A stretch of 64,000 nt of DNA from an uncultured bacterium (lineage in GTDB: Bacteria; Fidelibacterota; Marinisomatia; Marinisomatales; UBA1611). Location: assembly GCA_943788175.1 (NCBI GenBank), contig CALSPG010000007.1, positions 160,001 through 224,000 on the forward strand, written 5' to 3'. The notes below the pieces were generated by a model that was given only the letters and a program-made list of their open reading frames with translations, was not told the DNA's origin and searched no databases. Below, piece after piece: positions 1-10,256 of this stretch. Numbering within the stretch: the first letter of the stretch is position 1; each line of letters begins with the position of its first letter. Made by a program: the position numbers and the translations under genes.

Positions 1-483
1 CGTATTTATGAAGTAGAATTAAAAGGAGAGTCTCAGTATGTTATGGTAAAAGCAGTGCAGTATCATCCGGTTACTGATGAAATATTACATTTAGATTTTA
101 TGCGAGTGCGTAGATCAGAAAAAATGACGATATCGGTTCCTCTTGTTCTTGTTGGTAAGCCAATTGGTGTTACAGAAGGTGGTATTTTATCTCAAGTACT
201 CAATCAGATTGAAATAAGTTGTTTTCCAACAAATGTTCCTGAACAAATAGAGGTTAACATTGACGAAATGGAACTTAATTCTTCAATTAGCATTGCAGAT
301 GTTTCTTATGATGATGATGAAGTAGAAATAATCAGCGCCGAAGATATAAATGTAGCTTCAATTGCGGCTCCTGCAGCGGAAGAAGAAATTACCGAAGCTG
401 ATGCAGATGATGCTGTTGAAGACGGTGGTGAAAAAGCCGAAAAATCTGATGATAGTAGTGATCAAAAAGAATCTTCTGAATAA
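1..483 (+). CDS. rplY: 50S ribosomal protein L25/Ctc (5'-partial; frame is open from position 1)
   Basis: VQYHPVTDEILHLDF motif and Ctc C-terminal domain (GGILSQVLNQIEISCFPTNVPEQIEVNI); acidic tail; lies upstream of pth as usual. Confidence 0.95.
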   Translation, partial: RIYEVELKGESQYVMVKAVQYHPVTDEILHLDFMRVRRSEKMTISVPLVLVGKPIGVTEGGILSQVLNQIEISCFPTNVPEQIEVNIDEMELNSSISIADVSYDDDEVEIISAEDINVASIAAPAAEEEITEADADDAVEDGGEKAEKSDDSSDQKESSE

Positions 484-500
484 TAGAGTCAGAATAAGCT

Positions 501-1055
501 TTGATTGCATTTATAGGTTTAGGGAATGTTGGTGATAAGTATAAAGAAACAAAACATAATGCTGGATTTTGGGTGATTGATGAGATGGCAAATAGAAATA
601 ATATTTCTTTCAAACCGGGGAATGGTGATTACGTGATTGCATCAAAGATGAACAAGTTTTTTCTTGTAAAACCTACTTCAGGTATGAACCGTAGTGGAAG
701 CGCTGTTAAGCAAATAATAGATTCAAAAAAGTTGCTAGCAGAACAAATTTGTATAATTGTAGATGATGTAGATCTTCCACTGGGTAAAATACGAATTAAG
801 CCAAAAGGTGGTGATGGCTCTCACAGGGGCTTAGAAAACATTATATATACTCTGAAAACTGATAGATTTCCGCGCCTTAGGTATGGTATTGGTACAGATG
901 AGGAAATGCGGCCTGCAGAAAACTATGTGTTGAAGCCGTTTAAAAATGAAGAAGAAAAATCTTTTTCTACTGAAATCACTAAAAAAGCAGCGGACGCGTT
1001 GGATAGTTTTATTTTTAATGGTTTAAATAAAACAATGAATATTTATAATTCTTAA
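501..1055 (+). CDS. pth: Peptidyl-tRNA hydrolase
   Basis: GLGNVG..Y..TKHNAGF, KPTSGMNRSG, DDVDLPLG, GGDGSHRGL, FPRLRYGIG motifs; TTG start. Confidence 0.96.
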   Translation: MIAFIGLGNVGDKYKETKHNAGFWVIDEMANRNNISFKPGNGDYVIASKMNKFFLVKPTSGMNRSGSAVKQIIDSKKLLAEQICIIVDDVDLPLGKIRIKPKGGDGSHRGLENIIYTLKTDRFPRLRYGIGTDEEMRPAENYVLKPFKNEEEKSFSTEITKKAADALDSFIFNGLNKTMNIYNS

Positions 1056-1076
1056 TAATGGAGATAAAAACAAATA

Positions 1077-3260
1077 ATGCAAAATGAAAATAACTATATT
1101 TTGTTTGTGATATTATCTGGAGTGATAGCCATGGCATTTGCTTTTTGGAAGACTTCTTGGATAAACAGACAAAAAGAAGGAAATGAGAGAATGCAATTCA
1201 TAGGTAAAAGTATTGCAGATGGAGCCATGGCATTTTTGCGTGCGGAGTATCGAATTCTAGCAGTTTTTGTTGTAGCAGTCGCTTTTATTCTTGGGTATGC
1301 GAATTCAGGAAGATCCGACTCAAGTGCGCTGATATCTCTTTCTTTTATTGTTGGTGCTTCTGCATCGGGTTTAGCTGGTTTTTTAGGAATGAGAGTTGCT
1401 ACAAAAGCTAACAATAGAACCACGCATGCTGCTGAAACAAGTTTAGCTAAGGCCCTAAACGTTGCGTTTAGTGGTGGTGCAGTTATGGGTTTGAGTGTTG
1501 TTGGACTAGGCGTTTTAGGTTTGGGCATCCTTTTTTATGTTTATAAATCTATGGAAATTTTTAATAATGATACTTCAATGATATTAAATGTTTTATCTGG
1601 GTTTTCATTAGGGGCCTCATCAATTGCGCTTTTTGCGAGAGTTGGTGGTGGTATTTATACAAAAGCAGCTGATGTTGGAGCAGATTTAGTTGGGAAAGTT
1701 GAATCTGGCATACCAGAAGACCATCCACTAAATCCTGCTACAATAGCAGACAATGTTGGTGACAATGTTGGTGATGTAGCTGGAATGGGAGCAGATCTAT
1801 TTGAATCATATGTAGGTTCGATTATTGGGTCAATGGTTCTAGGTTCAACTCTTTTTGCGTACGGAGTAGGGTTTGACATAAGTTTTGTTATTTTACCTCT
1901 AGTTATAGCTGGGGCGGGGATAATAGTTTCTATCATTGGTACTTTCATGGTTTCTGTGAAAGACGGAGGAGACCCTCAAAAGGGTTTAAACCAAGGTGAG
2001 TTCGGTAGCGGTATCATAATGGTAGCAGTTATTTATTTTTTAATAACAAGTTTGTTGCCAGAAAAGTTTACAACTCAAGAGGGTGCTGGGGTCACATATG
2101 ATAGTTTAGGTGTTTTCTATGCTACTATTATAGGTCTGTTTGGTGGCTTAGGTATTGGTAAAATAACAGAATACTATACTGGAACGGGAACAAAACCTGT
2201 CATGTCTATTACCAAACAATCTATGACCGGACCAGCCACTAACATAATTGCTGGCTTAGGAATAGGAATGGAGTCTACGGCAGTTCCAGTAATAATTATA
2301 TCAGGAAGTATTATGGGAGCCTATCATTTTGCTGGTTTATATGGTATTGCAATGGCCGCATTAGGAATGCTAGCTAACACAGGTATACAGTTAGCAGTAG
2401 ATGCTTATGGTCCAATTTCTGATAATGCCGGAGGCATCGCAGAAATGGCTGAGCTTCCTAAGGAAGTTCGTGAGAGGACTGATAAGCTTGATGCTGTCGG
2501 TAATACTACTGCTGCTATTGGAAAAGGGTTTGCTATTGGTTCTGCTGCTTTAACAGCGTTAGCTCTGTTTGCTGCGTTTAAAGTAAAAACTGGAATCGAT
2601 ATAATTAATATTTCTGATCCGATGGTGATGGCTGGATTGTTCATTGGTGGAATGTTGCCTTTTCTTTTTTCTTCAATGGCTATGGGTGCTGTTGGGAGAG
2701 CTGCTATGGCAATGATTGAAGAAGTACGGCGCCAGTTTAAAGAAATCCCGGAACTAAAAAAAGCTCTTGAAATAATGAATCTCAAGAAAAGGGAAGATTG
2801 GAGCGAAGAAGATAATAAGGTTTATAATGATGCTCTTGGTAAGGCAGAACATGGAAAGTGCGTTGAGATTTCAACTGAATCCGCAATAAGAGAAATGCTT
2901 CTCCCTGGTCTTTTAGCTGTTGTTACACCGGTAGTTGTAGGTTTCGCACCAAGAATGTTTGGCAGTAATCAAGGCCCTGAAATCCTTGGTGGATTACTTG
3001 CTGGAGTCACAGTAACTGGTGTCTGCATGGCAATCTTCCAATCTAATTCAGGAGGTGCTTGGGACAATGCTAAAAAAATGATTGAGGAAGGCGTAGAGAT
3101 AGACGGGCAAAAATTAAGCAAGGGTTCTGAAGCGCATAAAGCTGCTGTTGTAGGAGACACAGTCGGAGATCCTTTTAAAGACACTTCTGGGCCTTCGTTA
3201 AATATTTTGATAAAACTAATGTCAGTGGTGTCATTAGTCATTGCACCGTTAATAAAATAA
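1077..3260 (+). CDS. hppA: Membrane-integral K+-dependent (probably Na+-translocating) pyrophosphatase
   Basis: [35 protein letters not shown] (Ala marks the K+-dependent class), [20 protein letters not shown] in TM6 is typical of Na+-PPases. Confidence 0.95.
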   Translation: MQNENNYILFVILSGVIAMAFAFWKTSWINRQKEGNERMQFIGKSIADGAMAFLRAEYRILAVFVVAVAFILGYANSGRSDSSALISLSFIVGASASGLAGFLGMRVATKANNRTTHAAETSLAKALNVAFSGGAVMGLSVVGLGVLGLGILFYVYKSMEIFNNDTSMILNVLSGFSLGASSIALFARVGGGIYTKAADVGADLVGKVESGIPEDHPLNPATIADNVGDNVGDVAGMGADLFESYVGSIIGSMVLGSTLFAYGVGFDISFVILPLVIAGAGIIVSIIGTFMVSVKDGGDPQKGLNQGEFGSGIIMVAVIYFLITSLLPEKFTTQEGAGVTYDSLGVFYATIIGLFGGLGIGKITEYYTGTGTKPVMSITKQSMTGPATNIIAGLGIGMESTAVPVIIISGSIMGAYHFAGLYGIAMAALGMLANTGIQLAVDAYGPISDNAGGIAEMAELPKEVRERTDKLDAVGNTTAAIGKGFAIGSAALTALALFAAFKVKTGIDIINISDPMVMAGLFIGGMLPFLFSSMAMGAVGRAAMAMIEEVRRQFKEIPELKKALEIMNLKKREDWSEEDNKVYNDALGKAEHGKCVEISTESAIREMLLPGLLAVVTPVVVGFAPRMFGSNQGPEILGGLLAGVTVTGVCMAIFQSNSGGAWDNAKKMIEEGVEIDGQKLSKGSEAHKAAVVGDTVGDPFKDTSGPSLNILIKLMSVVSLVIAPLIK

Positions 3261-3276
3261 AATTTAAGGAGATTAT

Positions 3277-3702
3277 ATGCGATATTACGAATTAATATAT
3301 ATTGTCAGTTCAAATGTTGAACGAAAAAAAAATGACCAAGCCATGAAAGAAATTGGTGAAAAAATACAAGAAACAGGGTCAAAAATCATTAATCATATTG
3401 TTTGGGGAAAGAAAAAACTAGCTTATCCAATCAAAAACAATACCTATGGAACTTACATCCTTGCTCATTATCAAGGGGGTGATAATGATAAGCTTCGTGA
3501 GTTTGACTCTTGGTTAAAGCTTAGTGACTTAACTATTCGACATATGATTGTAAAGCTAGATGAAAAACCTGATACTGTAGAAAGTCTTGAAGGAGATAAG
3601 TCTGAAAATGATACTGCAGAAAAGGGAGAAGATAAAAGTCCGGATGAAGAAAGTCTAAAAAAAGAAAAAAATAAAGATGAAGAAAACAAGGAGGCTGAAT
3701 AA
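3277..3702 (+). CDS. rpsF: 30S ribosomal protein S6 with charged C-terminal tail
   Basis: [27 protein letters not shown] motifs; AAGGAG RBS upstream. Confidence 0.96.
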   Translation: MRYYELIYIVSSNVERKKNDQAMKEIGEKIQETGSKIINHIVWGKKKLAYPIKNNTYGTYILAHYQGGDNDKLREFDSWLKLSDLTIRHMIVKLDEKPDTVESLEGDKSENDTAEKGEDKSPDEESLKKEKNKDEENKEAE

Positions 3703-3929
3703 TGGCTTTTCAAACAAGAAGAAAATATTGCTTTTTCAAAGAAAATAACATCACAGCTGTAGATTATAAAGATGTTAAATTGTTAAAAAGGTTTACGAAT
3801 GACAACGGTAAAATTATGCCACGTAGGGTAACCGGTACTAGTGCAAAAATGCATCGGAAAGTTGTTAGTGCTATTAAAAGAGCTAGAACTATTGGTCTAA
3901 TGCCATTTGTTGATAGCGGTTCTGAATAA
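3702..3929 (+). CDS. rpsR: 30S ribosomal protein S18
   Basis: [12 protein letters not shown]...[10 protein letters not shown]...AIKRAR; TAATG coupling to rpsF. Confidence 0.97.
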   Translation: MAFQTRRKYCFFKENNITAVDYKDVKLLKRFTNDNGKIMPRRVTGTSAKMHRKVVSAIKRARTIGLMPFVDSGSE

Positions 3930-3947
3930 AAATACGGAGATTATATC

Positions 3948-4391
3948 ATGAAAGTTATTTTACTTAACGATGTCGAAAACTTAGGACTAGCTGGGGATGT
4001 TATAACTGTAAAACCGGGGCATGCTAGGAATAGACTAATACCTCAAGGCCTGGCATTAAGAGCTTCTACAAAAAACGTCGCTGTTGCAAGTGAACGCAAG
4101 AAAGTTGCTAATACCAAACTCGAGCGCGAAAATAGTGCTTTGCAAAATTTAGCTAAAAAGCTCAGCAATGTAGAAATTACTATTGAAGTAAACGTTGGCG
4201 AAGAAGAAAAAATGTTTGGTTCTATTACAAATATAGATATTCATAAAGAATTAGCTGCTAAGGGTTTTGATTTAGATAAAAATCAAATAACTATAAAAGA
4301 GCCCATTAAGGCATTGGGTATATATCATGCAACTGTTGAAGTAGCAAAAAATATAAAACCTGATATTAAACTATATGTAATTAAGGGTTAA
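3948..4391 (+). CDS. rplI: 50S ribosomal protein L9
   Basis: MKVILLNDVENLGLAGDVITVKPGHARNRLIPQG, KMFGSIT, IKALGIY motifs. Confidence 0.97.
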   Translation: MKVILLNDVENLGLAGDVITVKPGHARNRLIPQGLALRASTKNVAVASERKKVANTKLERENSALQNLAKKLSNVEITIEVNVGEEEKMFGSITNIDIHKELAAKGFDLDKNQITIKEPIKALGIYHATVEVAKNIKPDIKLYVIKG

Positions 4392-4408
4392 CACTCTAAT
4401 ATTTTATA

Positions 4409-6637
4409 ATGTTTGCAGAGGTATCGTTACCAATATCTTCGTTTAAAACATTTACATATTTAGTACCTGAAAATCTAGAGACCCAATCTTTAATTGGCTC
4501 AAGGGTTACTGTCCCCTTTGGTAATAGAAAAGTAAGTGGAGTCATAGTATCGTTAATGGACAGCACTTCTTTTAGTGGTGAAGTTAAATCAATTTCTAGC
4601 TTTGATGATGATGCTCCGATTATTTCTCAAAATTTATGGAAGCTGGTTAGATGGGTAAGTCATTATTATATTACGCCAATTGGAGTAGTATATAATACTG
4701 TACTCTCATTTACCATATCAAAAAATTATATACCTCGTCAATCATGGTTTGTGAAAAATAGCAGTAAAGATATAGATCTTTTATTAAAAAAAACAGCTCC
4801 TAAGCAGTACCTTGTTTACAAAGCTATTCAACAATCTTCTCAGAAATATATTAAAGTATCTTCTTTAAAAAATATAAGCTCTAATCCTATATCAATTTGT
4901 AAAGCACTCCAAATCAAAGGGTGTATTGAGTTAGTAAAAAAAGATGATAATCAAGGCGGGAATAGTTTGACGTTTAATCCTGTAAAAAAAAATATTTCTT
5001 ATAATGAAGATCAGCTTAAGGTTATTGATAATATAAAATCTTCTCTTAAGACTAAAAAATTTAAATCAAACTTGTTGCATGGAGTCACAGGCAGCGGTAA
5101 AACAGAAATTTTTATTGAAGTCATCAAAGCTGTGATTAAAATGGAAAGGTCAGCCATTATTTTAATTCCAGAAATTTCATTAACCCCTCAAATCGCAGGG
5201 AGATTTAAGGATGTTTTTGGTCAAGAAATTGCCTTGTGGCATTCTCAATTAACAAAATCTCAAAGGGCAAAAACTTGGAATGAAATAAATAACGGTGATT
5301 GTAAAATTGTCATAGGAGCTAGGAGCGCAGTTTTTTCACCAGTAAAAAAATTAGGTTTAATTATCGTAGATGAGGAGCACGATTCCTCTTTCAAGCAAGA
5401 TTCCCCATCGCCTAGATATCACGCGAGAGATGTTGCTATTATGCGAGCAAAAATCGAAGAGTGCACTGTTATACTATCTAGTGCAACGCCTAGTTTAGAA
5501 ACATTTTATAATTATAAAAATTCCAAACACAGGTACTTAAGTCTGCCAAAGAGATATGGCAAAGCTGTATACCCTACTGTTAAAGTTGTGGATTTAATTG
5601 ATGAAAGTAAGGAAACTGGAAAATTCAACATAATTATATCTGGAACACTACAACGAAAGATAGAAGAAAAATTAAAAAACAATGAGCAAGTATTGCTAAT
5701 CCAAAATAGAAGAGGTCATTCCCCAACTGTTAAATGTTCAGATTGTGGATCTCTTGTTATGTGTTCTGCTTGTAAAACACCACTCACTTTTCATAAGTAT
5801 GATAACAAGCTCAAATGTCATATATGTGGATTTATAAGTAGTAAAATTTTAGATACTTGCAAGGACTGTCAAAGTCAAAATTTTTTATATGTTGGCACTG
5901 GGACACAAAAAGTAGAGAGTATTTTACAAGAGACTTTTCCAAATGCTAAAATATCAAGAGTCGATCATGATAGCACTAAAAAAGATTCATCTGCAATCAA
6001 AATACTGCAATCATTTCTTGATGGGAAAGTTGATATATTATTAGGAACTCAAATGATTGCGAAAGGTTTAGATTTTCCAGGTATTACCTTAGTTGGAATC
6101 ATTAATGCGGACCTAGGTCTTCATCTTCCTGACTTCAGATCTAGTGAGCGAACTTTTCAATTGATATATCAAGCGTCAGGAAGAGCAGGAAGAGGTCAAA
6201 AAAAAGGGGAGGTCATTATTCAGACATATGATAAAGACAACGCAGTTATCCAAGCAGCATCTAGACTCAATTTAGAAAAATATTATGAGGACATGTTAGA
6301 TGATAGGCAGCTGCTTAACTATCCACCTTATAGTTGGGTTGCAAAAATTGAATTTATTGGATCAAACCCAAAATCTGTTTTTTCATTATCAAATAAAATC
6401 CGTAATAATTTAATGAATCCATATAAGGGGCTTGAAATATTAGGCCCGGCACCCTGTTTCAAAGAGAAAGTAAATAATAAATATAGATTTCAAATTATAT
6501 TAAAATCATCGAAAAAATATGATGTAAACAGCAGTAAGCTACATTTTTTTGTTAGTCAAAATTTTGTTAAGTATAACAATAAAGTTCCAGGTTCAAATAA
6601 AATCCACATTCATATTGATCCAGTGACAATGATATGA
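4409..6637 (+). CDS. priA: Primosomal protein N' (replication restart helicase)
   Basis: LLHGVTGSGKTE, DEEHD, SATPS, four CxxC Zn motifs, GTQMIAKGLDF, GRAGR. Confidence 0.97.
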   Translation: MFAEVSLPISSFKTFTYLVPENLETQSLIGSRVTVPFGNRKVSGVIVSLMDSTSFSGEVKSISSFDDDAPIISQNLWKLVRWVSHYYITPIGVVYNTVLSFTISKNYIPRQSWFVKNSSKDIDLLLKKTAPKQYLVYKAIQQSSQKYIKVSSLKNISSNPISICKALQIKGCIELVKKDDNQGGNSLTFNPVKKNISYNEDQLKVIDNIKSSLKTKKFKSNLLHGVTGSGKTEIFIEVIKAVIKMERSAIILIPEISLTPQIAGRFKDVFGQEIALWHSQLTKSQRAKTWNEINNGDCKIVIGARSAVFSPVKKLGLIIVDEEHDSSFKQDSPSPRYHARDVAIMRAKIEECTVILSSATPSLETFYNYKNSKHRYLSLPKRYGKAVYPTVKVVDLIDESKETGKFNIIISGTLQRKIEEKLKNNEQVLLIQNRRGHSPTVKCSDCGSLVMCSACKTPLTFHKYDNKLKCHICGFISSKILDTCKDCQSQNFLYVGTGTQKVESILQETFPNAKISRVDHDSTKKDSSAIKILQSFLDGKVDILLGTQMIAKGLDFPGITLVGIINADLGLHLPDFRSSERTFQLIYQASGRAGRGQKKGEVIIQTYDKDNAVIQAASRLNLEKYYEDMLDDRQLLNYPPYSWVAKIEFIGSNPKSVFSLSNKIRNNLMNPYKGLEILGPAPCFKEKVNNKYRFQIILKSSKKYDVNSSKLHFFVSQNFVKYNNKVPGSNKIHIHIDPVTMI

Positions 6638-7530
6638 AAAAAGCACTAGGATTAGTATTAATAGCATCTTTATTTGCGAATGAAAATCGACCTGGTTTAT
6701 CTACTTGGTTTTCCGCCTCTGAACTATCTCATGCTGGAGGGGGCAAGTTGTTAATCATGCCGACTTCAAGAAATGTAAACATGATAACATCTATTAAAAA
6801 TCAATCTTTCTCAACTTCATTCATTTTCTACCCCGCGGGTATTCAAGCACAGTCTGTTTCATTGATTTACCCAAAGAATAATAAAATTATAATTAGATCA
6901 ATAAACCATATATCTTACGGAGCTTTCAACGGTTATGATGAAAATGCTCAACAAACAGAAAACTACACGGCAAGTGATACATGGATTAAGTTAGGATATT
7001 CAAAGGCATCAAAATCACTACCATTAAGCTTTGGGATTTCAAACCAGATATATATTTCTAAATTAGAAGACCATAATTCTACGTCATTATATTCCTCTTT
7101 TGGTATTATTTGGCATTTGGATAAATACAATTTAGATATTGGAGGAAGGATTAAAGACCTCCTTTTAATACACAAGAGCACAGATATAGGTGCTAGCGAT
7201 AATTCATTAGAGGTAGAGATGGGATTTTGCAAAAAGTTAACCTATCTACCGTTAAAGCTTTCAATAGATTGTATAATTAGCAATGATTTGAGACCTGAAG
7301 ATTATTTTATAAGTGGAGTTTTTACAATTTCTAAAAATATTTATTTGACTATAGGGACATCTACAAGAAAATATAGCCAAAACACAGAGCAAAATCTAAC
7401 GCGCACAATTTTTGGCTCGAGCGGGATTGGAGTCAAGTATAAAAATAAAGATCTTACAATAGGGTATGGTTTGTATTTCTATGGCACGGGAGGTTTCTCA
7501 AATGGATTAGACTTAACTATAAATTTTTAA
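6634..7530 (+). CDS. Hypothetical exported protein, probable outer-membrane beta-barrel (PorV/PorQ/FadL-like)
   Basis: N-terminal signal peptide (MKKALGLVLIASLFA), alternating hydrophobic beta-strands, C-terminal Phe (GLDLTINF), HISYGAFNGYDENAQQTENYTASD segment reminiscent of PorV/PorQ-family proteins. Confidence 0.5.
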   Translation: MKKALGLVLIASLFANENRPGLSTWFSASELSHAGGGKLLIMPTSRNVNMITSIKNQSFSTSFIFYPAGIQAQSVSLIYPKNNKIIIRSINHISYGAFNGYDENAQQTENYTASDTWIKLGYSKASKSLPLSFGISNQIYISKLEDHNSTSLYSSFGIIWHLDKYNLDIGGRIKDLLLIHKSTDIGASDNSLEVEMGFCKKLTYLPLKLSIDCIISNDLRPEDYFISGVFTISKNIYLTIGTSTRKYSQNTEQNLTRTIFGSSGIGVKYKNKDLTIGYGLYFYGTGGFSNGLDLTINF

Positions 7531-8732
7531 TGAAAAAAATTATAGTTTATCTAATTCTCAGCAATATTTTATTTGCTCAAAATAAATACCCCATAGTTTT
7601 AATTCATGGTTTTTTTGGATGGGGTAATAATGAAATGGGAGATTATCGATATTGGGGTGGCAAAAAAGACATTCAAAAAATGTTAGAAGAGAACGGGTTT
7701 AAGGTATTTAATGTCTCAATTGGCCCAATATCTTCAAATTGGGATAGAGCCGTGGAGGTATATTATCAGTTAAAAGGTGGGCAAGTAGATTATGGGCTTA
7801 ATCATTCTAAAAAATATGGCCTTGAACAAAAGCCAATAGATAAAATCTACAAGGGATTATATCCTGAGTGGAGTATTGAAAATCCGGTTCATCTAGTTGG
7901 ACATAGCATGGGAGGGCAGACAGCAAGAATGCTTCAATATTTATTAGAAAATGAAATTTATATAGATGATAGCTTGGGTTTTATAGAAAATTCAGATTTG
8001 TTGGGCAGGTCTAAAAAAGGTTGGGTGTCTAGCATTACTTCCTTGGCAACGCCACACGATGGAAGTACTTTGACAGATATAGTTACTAAGACTTTTCCTT
8101 TTATTCAGTACTTTATTGGTCTTGCTGGAGTTGTTGGGACAAATTTTTATGATTTTGATCTTAGTCAGTGGGACATAAATCGAAAAGATAATGAAAACTG
8201 GTATAAGTATGTTCAAAGAATGCGGAGTCATAATGCTTGGGACACAAAGAATATAAGCTCTTGGGATTTAAGTTTAGATGGTGCCTCAGAACTAAATAGT
8301 TTTTTAAATGTTAGTCCTGATGTCTATTATTTCTCTTATTCATTTTCAGCTACGTCTAAAGATGAAGAAACGGGTTATCATGTACCAAATAAAGATGTGT
8401 TTCTATTAATTCGTTCAAGAGCTAAACTTTTAGGTTCAAGAATAGTATTTACTAGTAATGGGAATGAAACAGATTCTACGTGGTGGGAGAATGATGGTAT
8501 AGTCAATTCCAGGTCTATGAACGGGCCAACTACCGGTGAAAATGGTGCAGATGCAATAGTTAATTATGATCAATCTGCCCCTCTTCTTCAGGGACAGTGG
8601 TATACCTTCGAACGAATTAATTTAGATCACTATCAAAGTGTTGGGCATATGCTTCCTAAAGGGAAAAGAAAATTTCTAGATTCTATTTACATTAACCATG
8701 CACAGTTATTATGGTCCCTTCCCGAAAACTAG
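7530..8732 (+). CDS. Secreted lipase, alpha/beta hydrolase of the Geobacillus/Staphylococcus type (family I.5/I.6-like)
   Basis: Signal peptide; PIVLIHGFFGWG, YWGG, SSNWDRA, GHSMGG nucleophile elbow, ATPHDGS, WWENDGIVN, LDH catalytic His. Confidence 0.9.
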   Translation: MKKIIVYLILSNILFAQNKYPIVLIHGFFGWGNNEMGDYRYWGGKKDIQKMLEENGFKVFNVSIGPISSNWDRAVEVYYQLKGGQVDYGLNHSKKYGLEQKPIDKIYKGLYPEWSIENPVHLVGHSMGGQTARMLQYLLENEIYIDDSLGFIENSDLLGRSKKGWVSSITSLATPHDGSTLTDIVTKTFPFIQYFIGLAGVVGTNFYDFDLSQWDINRKDNENWYKYVQRMRSHNAWDTKNISSWDLSLDGASELNSFLNVSPDVYYFSYSFSATSKDEETGYHVPNKDVFLLIRSRAKLLGSRIVFTSNGNETDSTWWENDGIVNSRSMNGPTTGENGADAIVNYDQSAPLLQGQWYTFERINLDHYQSVGHMLPKGKRKFLDSIYINHAQLLWSLPEN

Positions 8733-8738
8733 TATGTT

Positions 8739-8767
8739 TATAATTTATTTTTATTTGTAATATACAA
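8739..8767 (+). promoter_or_regulatory. Putative -10 box (TATAAT, 8739-8744) and palindromic operator TTGTA-ATA-TACAA (8755-8767) before the MarR-family gene
   Basis: Perfect TATAAT and a perfect 5-3-5 inverted repeat ending 2 nt before the ATG at 8770; MarR-family genes are typically autoregulated through such palindromes. Confidence 0.5.
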
Positions 8768-8769
8768 CT

Positions 8770-9192
8770 ATGAACCATGGTGAGTTTCTTATATCGTTTT
8801 TAATCGACCTTCAAAGAGTTTTTCGGACAAAAGTTGTTCCTAAAGACTTGCCATATAGTCAGGTCCAAGCAATAATCATAATTCCTAGTGACGGTATTGA
8901 AATGTCAGAATTATCATTAACATTGGGTTTAGATAATAGTACGGTCACTAGACTGGTTGAACGATTAGAGGTGAAGGGTTTTGTTAAAAGAAAAAAAAAT
9001 AAGCTTGATAAACGGTCAATTATTGTATCCCTAAAGAAAAAGGGGATGAGTATTCAAAAAAGTATTGAAAAAAAATTAGATGAAATTGGAGAACAAATAT
9101 TTTTTGAAACTAACCAAAGTCAAAAAGAAATTTCTTTAGAAAATTTATCATCTTTTCAATGGAAATTGCGAAAAACTTTCTTAAAAAGGTGA
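8770..9192 (+). CDS. MarR-family transcriptional regulator
   Basis: Winged HTH: MSELSLTLGLDNSTVTRLVERLEVKGFVKR...DKRSIIVSL. Confidence 0.92.
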   Translation: MNHGEFLISFLIDLQRVFRTKVVPKDLPYSQVQAIIIIPSDGIEMSELSLTLGLDNSTVTRLVERLEVKGFVKRKKNKLDKRSIIVSLKKKGMSIQKSIEKKLDEIGEQIFFETNQSQKEISLENLSSFQWKLRKTFLKR

Positions 9193-9200
9193 AAATTAAT

Positions 9201-10256
9201 ATGTCAGAACTGTCTACACTATTGCTTGAGTGGTTTGATTTGAATAAGAGAATATTGCCTTTTAGAAAAAACAATAAACCTTATGATGTCTGGGTTTCAG
9301 AAATAATGTTGCAACAAACTAAAGTAGATACAGTCATTCCATATTATAATGCTTGGATGAAAAAATTCCCTACTATTAAATCTGTTTCTGAAGCTTCTGA
9401 AGAAAGTATTTTAAAGTCTTGGGAAGGCTTAGGTTATTATTCAAGATCTAGAAATTTTCATGAAGCAGCAAAAATCATTATAAAAAATTTTAATTCAAAA
9501 ATACCTGATTCATGGGTTGACTTTAGACGACTTCCTGGCGTTGGAGATTATACAGCAGGTGCAGTTCTCTCAATTGCCTTTAATAAGTCTTATGTGGCTG
9601 TCGATGGTAATGTTAAAAGAGTTATGGCTAGGCTAACATCTAGAAAAAAATTAAGTCAACATAATTTGAGATTTATCAAGTCTAAGCTTTTAAAATTGAT
9701 GGATAAAAATCGTCCGGGAGATTTCAATCAAGCAATGATGGAACTAGGAGCATGTGTCTGTTTACCAAAAAATCCAAAATGTGAACAATGTCCAATAAAT
9801 AAGATTTGCAATGCTTATATATCTGGGAAACCAACCGAATACCCAGCTAAAGTAGTAAAAAAAATGATTCCTTCCCATATCTTTGTTGGCGGTCTAATTA
9901 GAATTTCCAATAAAATTCTAATCCAAAAAAGAGAAGAAAAAATGCTAAATGGGTTATGGGAAATACCTATGAAAAAAATCGATACTCAAAAAAATTTAAC
10001 AAAAGATTTCAAAAAATTCATCTTTAACAAATATGGTATAACAGTAAAAATAAATAAAAGCTTTTCAGCCATAAAGCATTCTTATTCACATTTTAATATG
10101 AAATTAATTGTTATTGATTGTGAAAAAATCAGTAGTATTGTGAAGAAAAAAAATATGTATTCTTGGATTGAAAAAAACGAGATTAATAATTATCCTTTCC
10201 ATAAGGTAAATCATAAAGTTTTCTCATTATTCAAAGAAAAAACTTGGAATGTCTAG
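9201..10256 (+). CDS. mutY: A/G-specific adenine glycosylase (likely start ATG 9201; longest ORF starts at 9159)
   Basis: VWVSEIMLQQT, WEGLGYYSR, LPGVGDYTA HhH, VDGNV, Fe-S motif CLPKNPKCEQCPINKIC, NUDIX-like C-terminus; AAGGTG RBS before 9201. Confidence 0.95.
   Translation: MSELSTLLLEWFDLNKRILPFRKNNKPYDVWVSEIMLQQTKVDTVIPYYNAWMKKFPTIKSVSEASEESILKSWEGLGYYSRSRNFHEAAKIIIKNFNSKIPDSWVDFRRLPGVGDYTAGAVLSIAFNKSYVAVDGNVKRVMARLTSRKKLSQHNLRFIKSKLLKLMDKNRPGDFNQAMMELGACVCLPKNPKCEQCPINKICNAYISGKPTEYPAKVVKKMIPSHIFVGGLIRISNKILIQKREEKMLNGLWEIPMKKIDTQKNLTKDFKKFIFNKYGITVKINKSFSAIKHSYSHFNMKLIVIDCEKISSIVKKKNMYSWIEKNEINNYPFHKVNHKVFSLFKEKTWNV

Noticed and set aside
1750-1776. Tandem repeat GACAATGTTGGT x2
   Set aside because: Encodes the conserved DNVGDNVGD motif of the PPase; not a DNA-level repeat element.
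1094-3241. Four antisense ORFs (90-144 aa) over hppA, and similar short antisense or alternate-frame ORFs throughout the track
   Set aside because: Shadow frames of well-conserved genes; no RBS or recognisable motifs.
3277-4391. No ssb/priB between rpsF and rpsR
   Set aside because: The rpsF-rpsR-rplI order without ssb is common in FCB-group and other bacteria.
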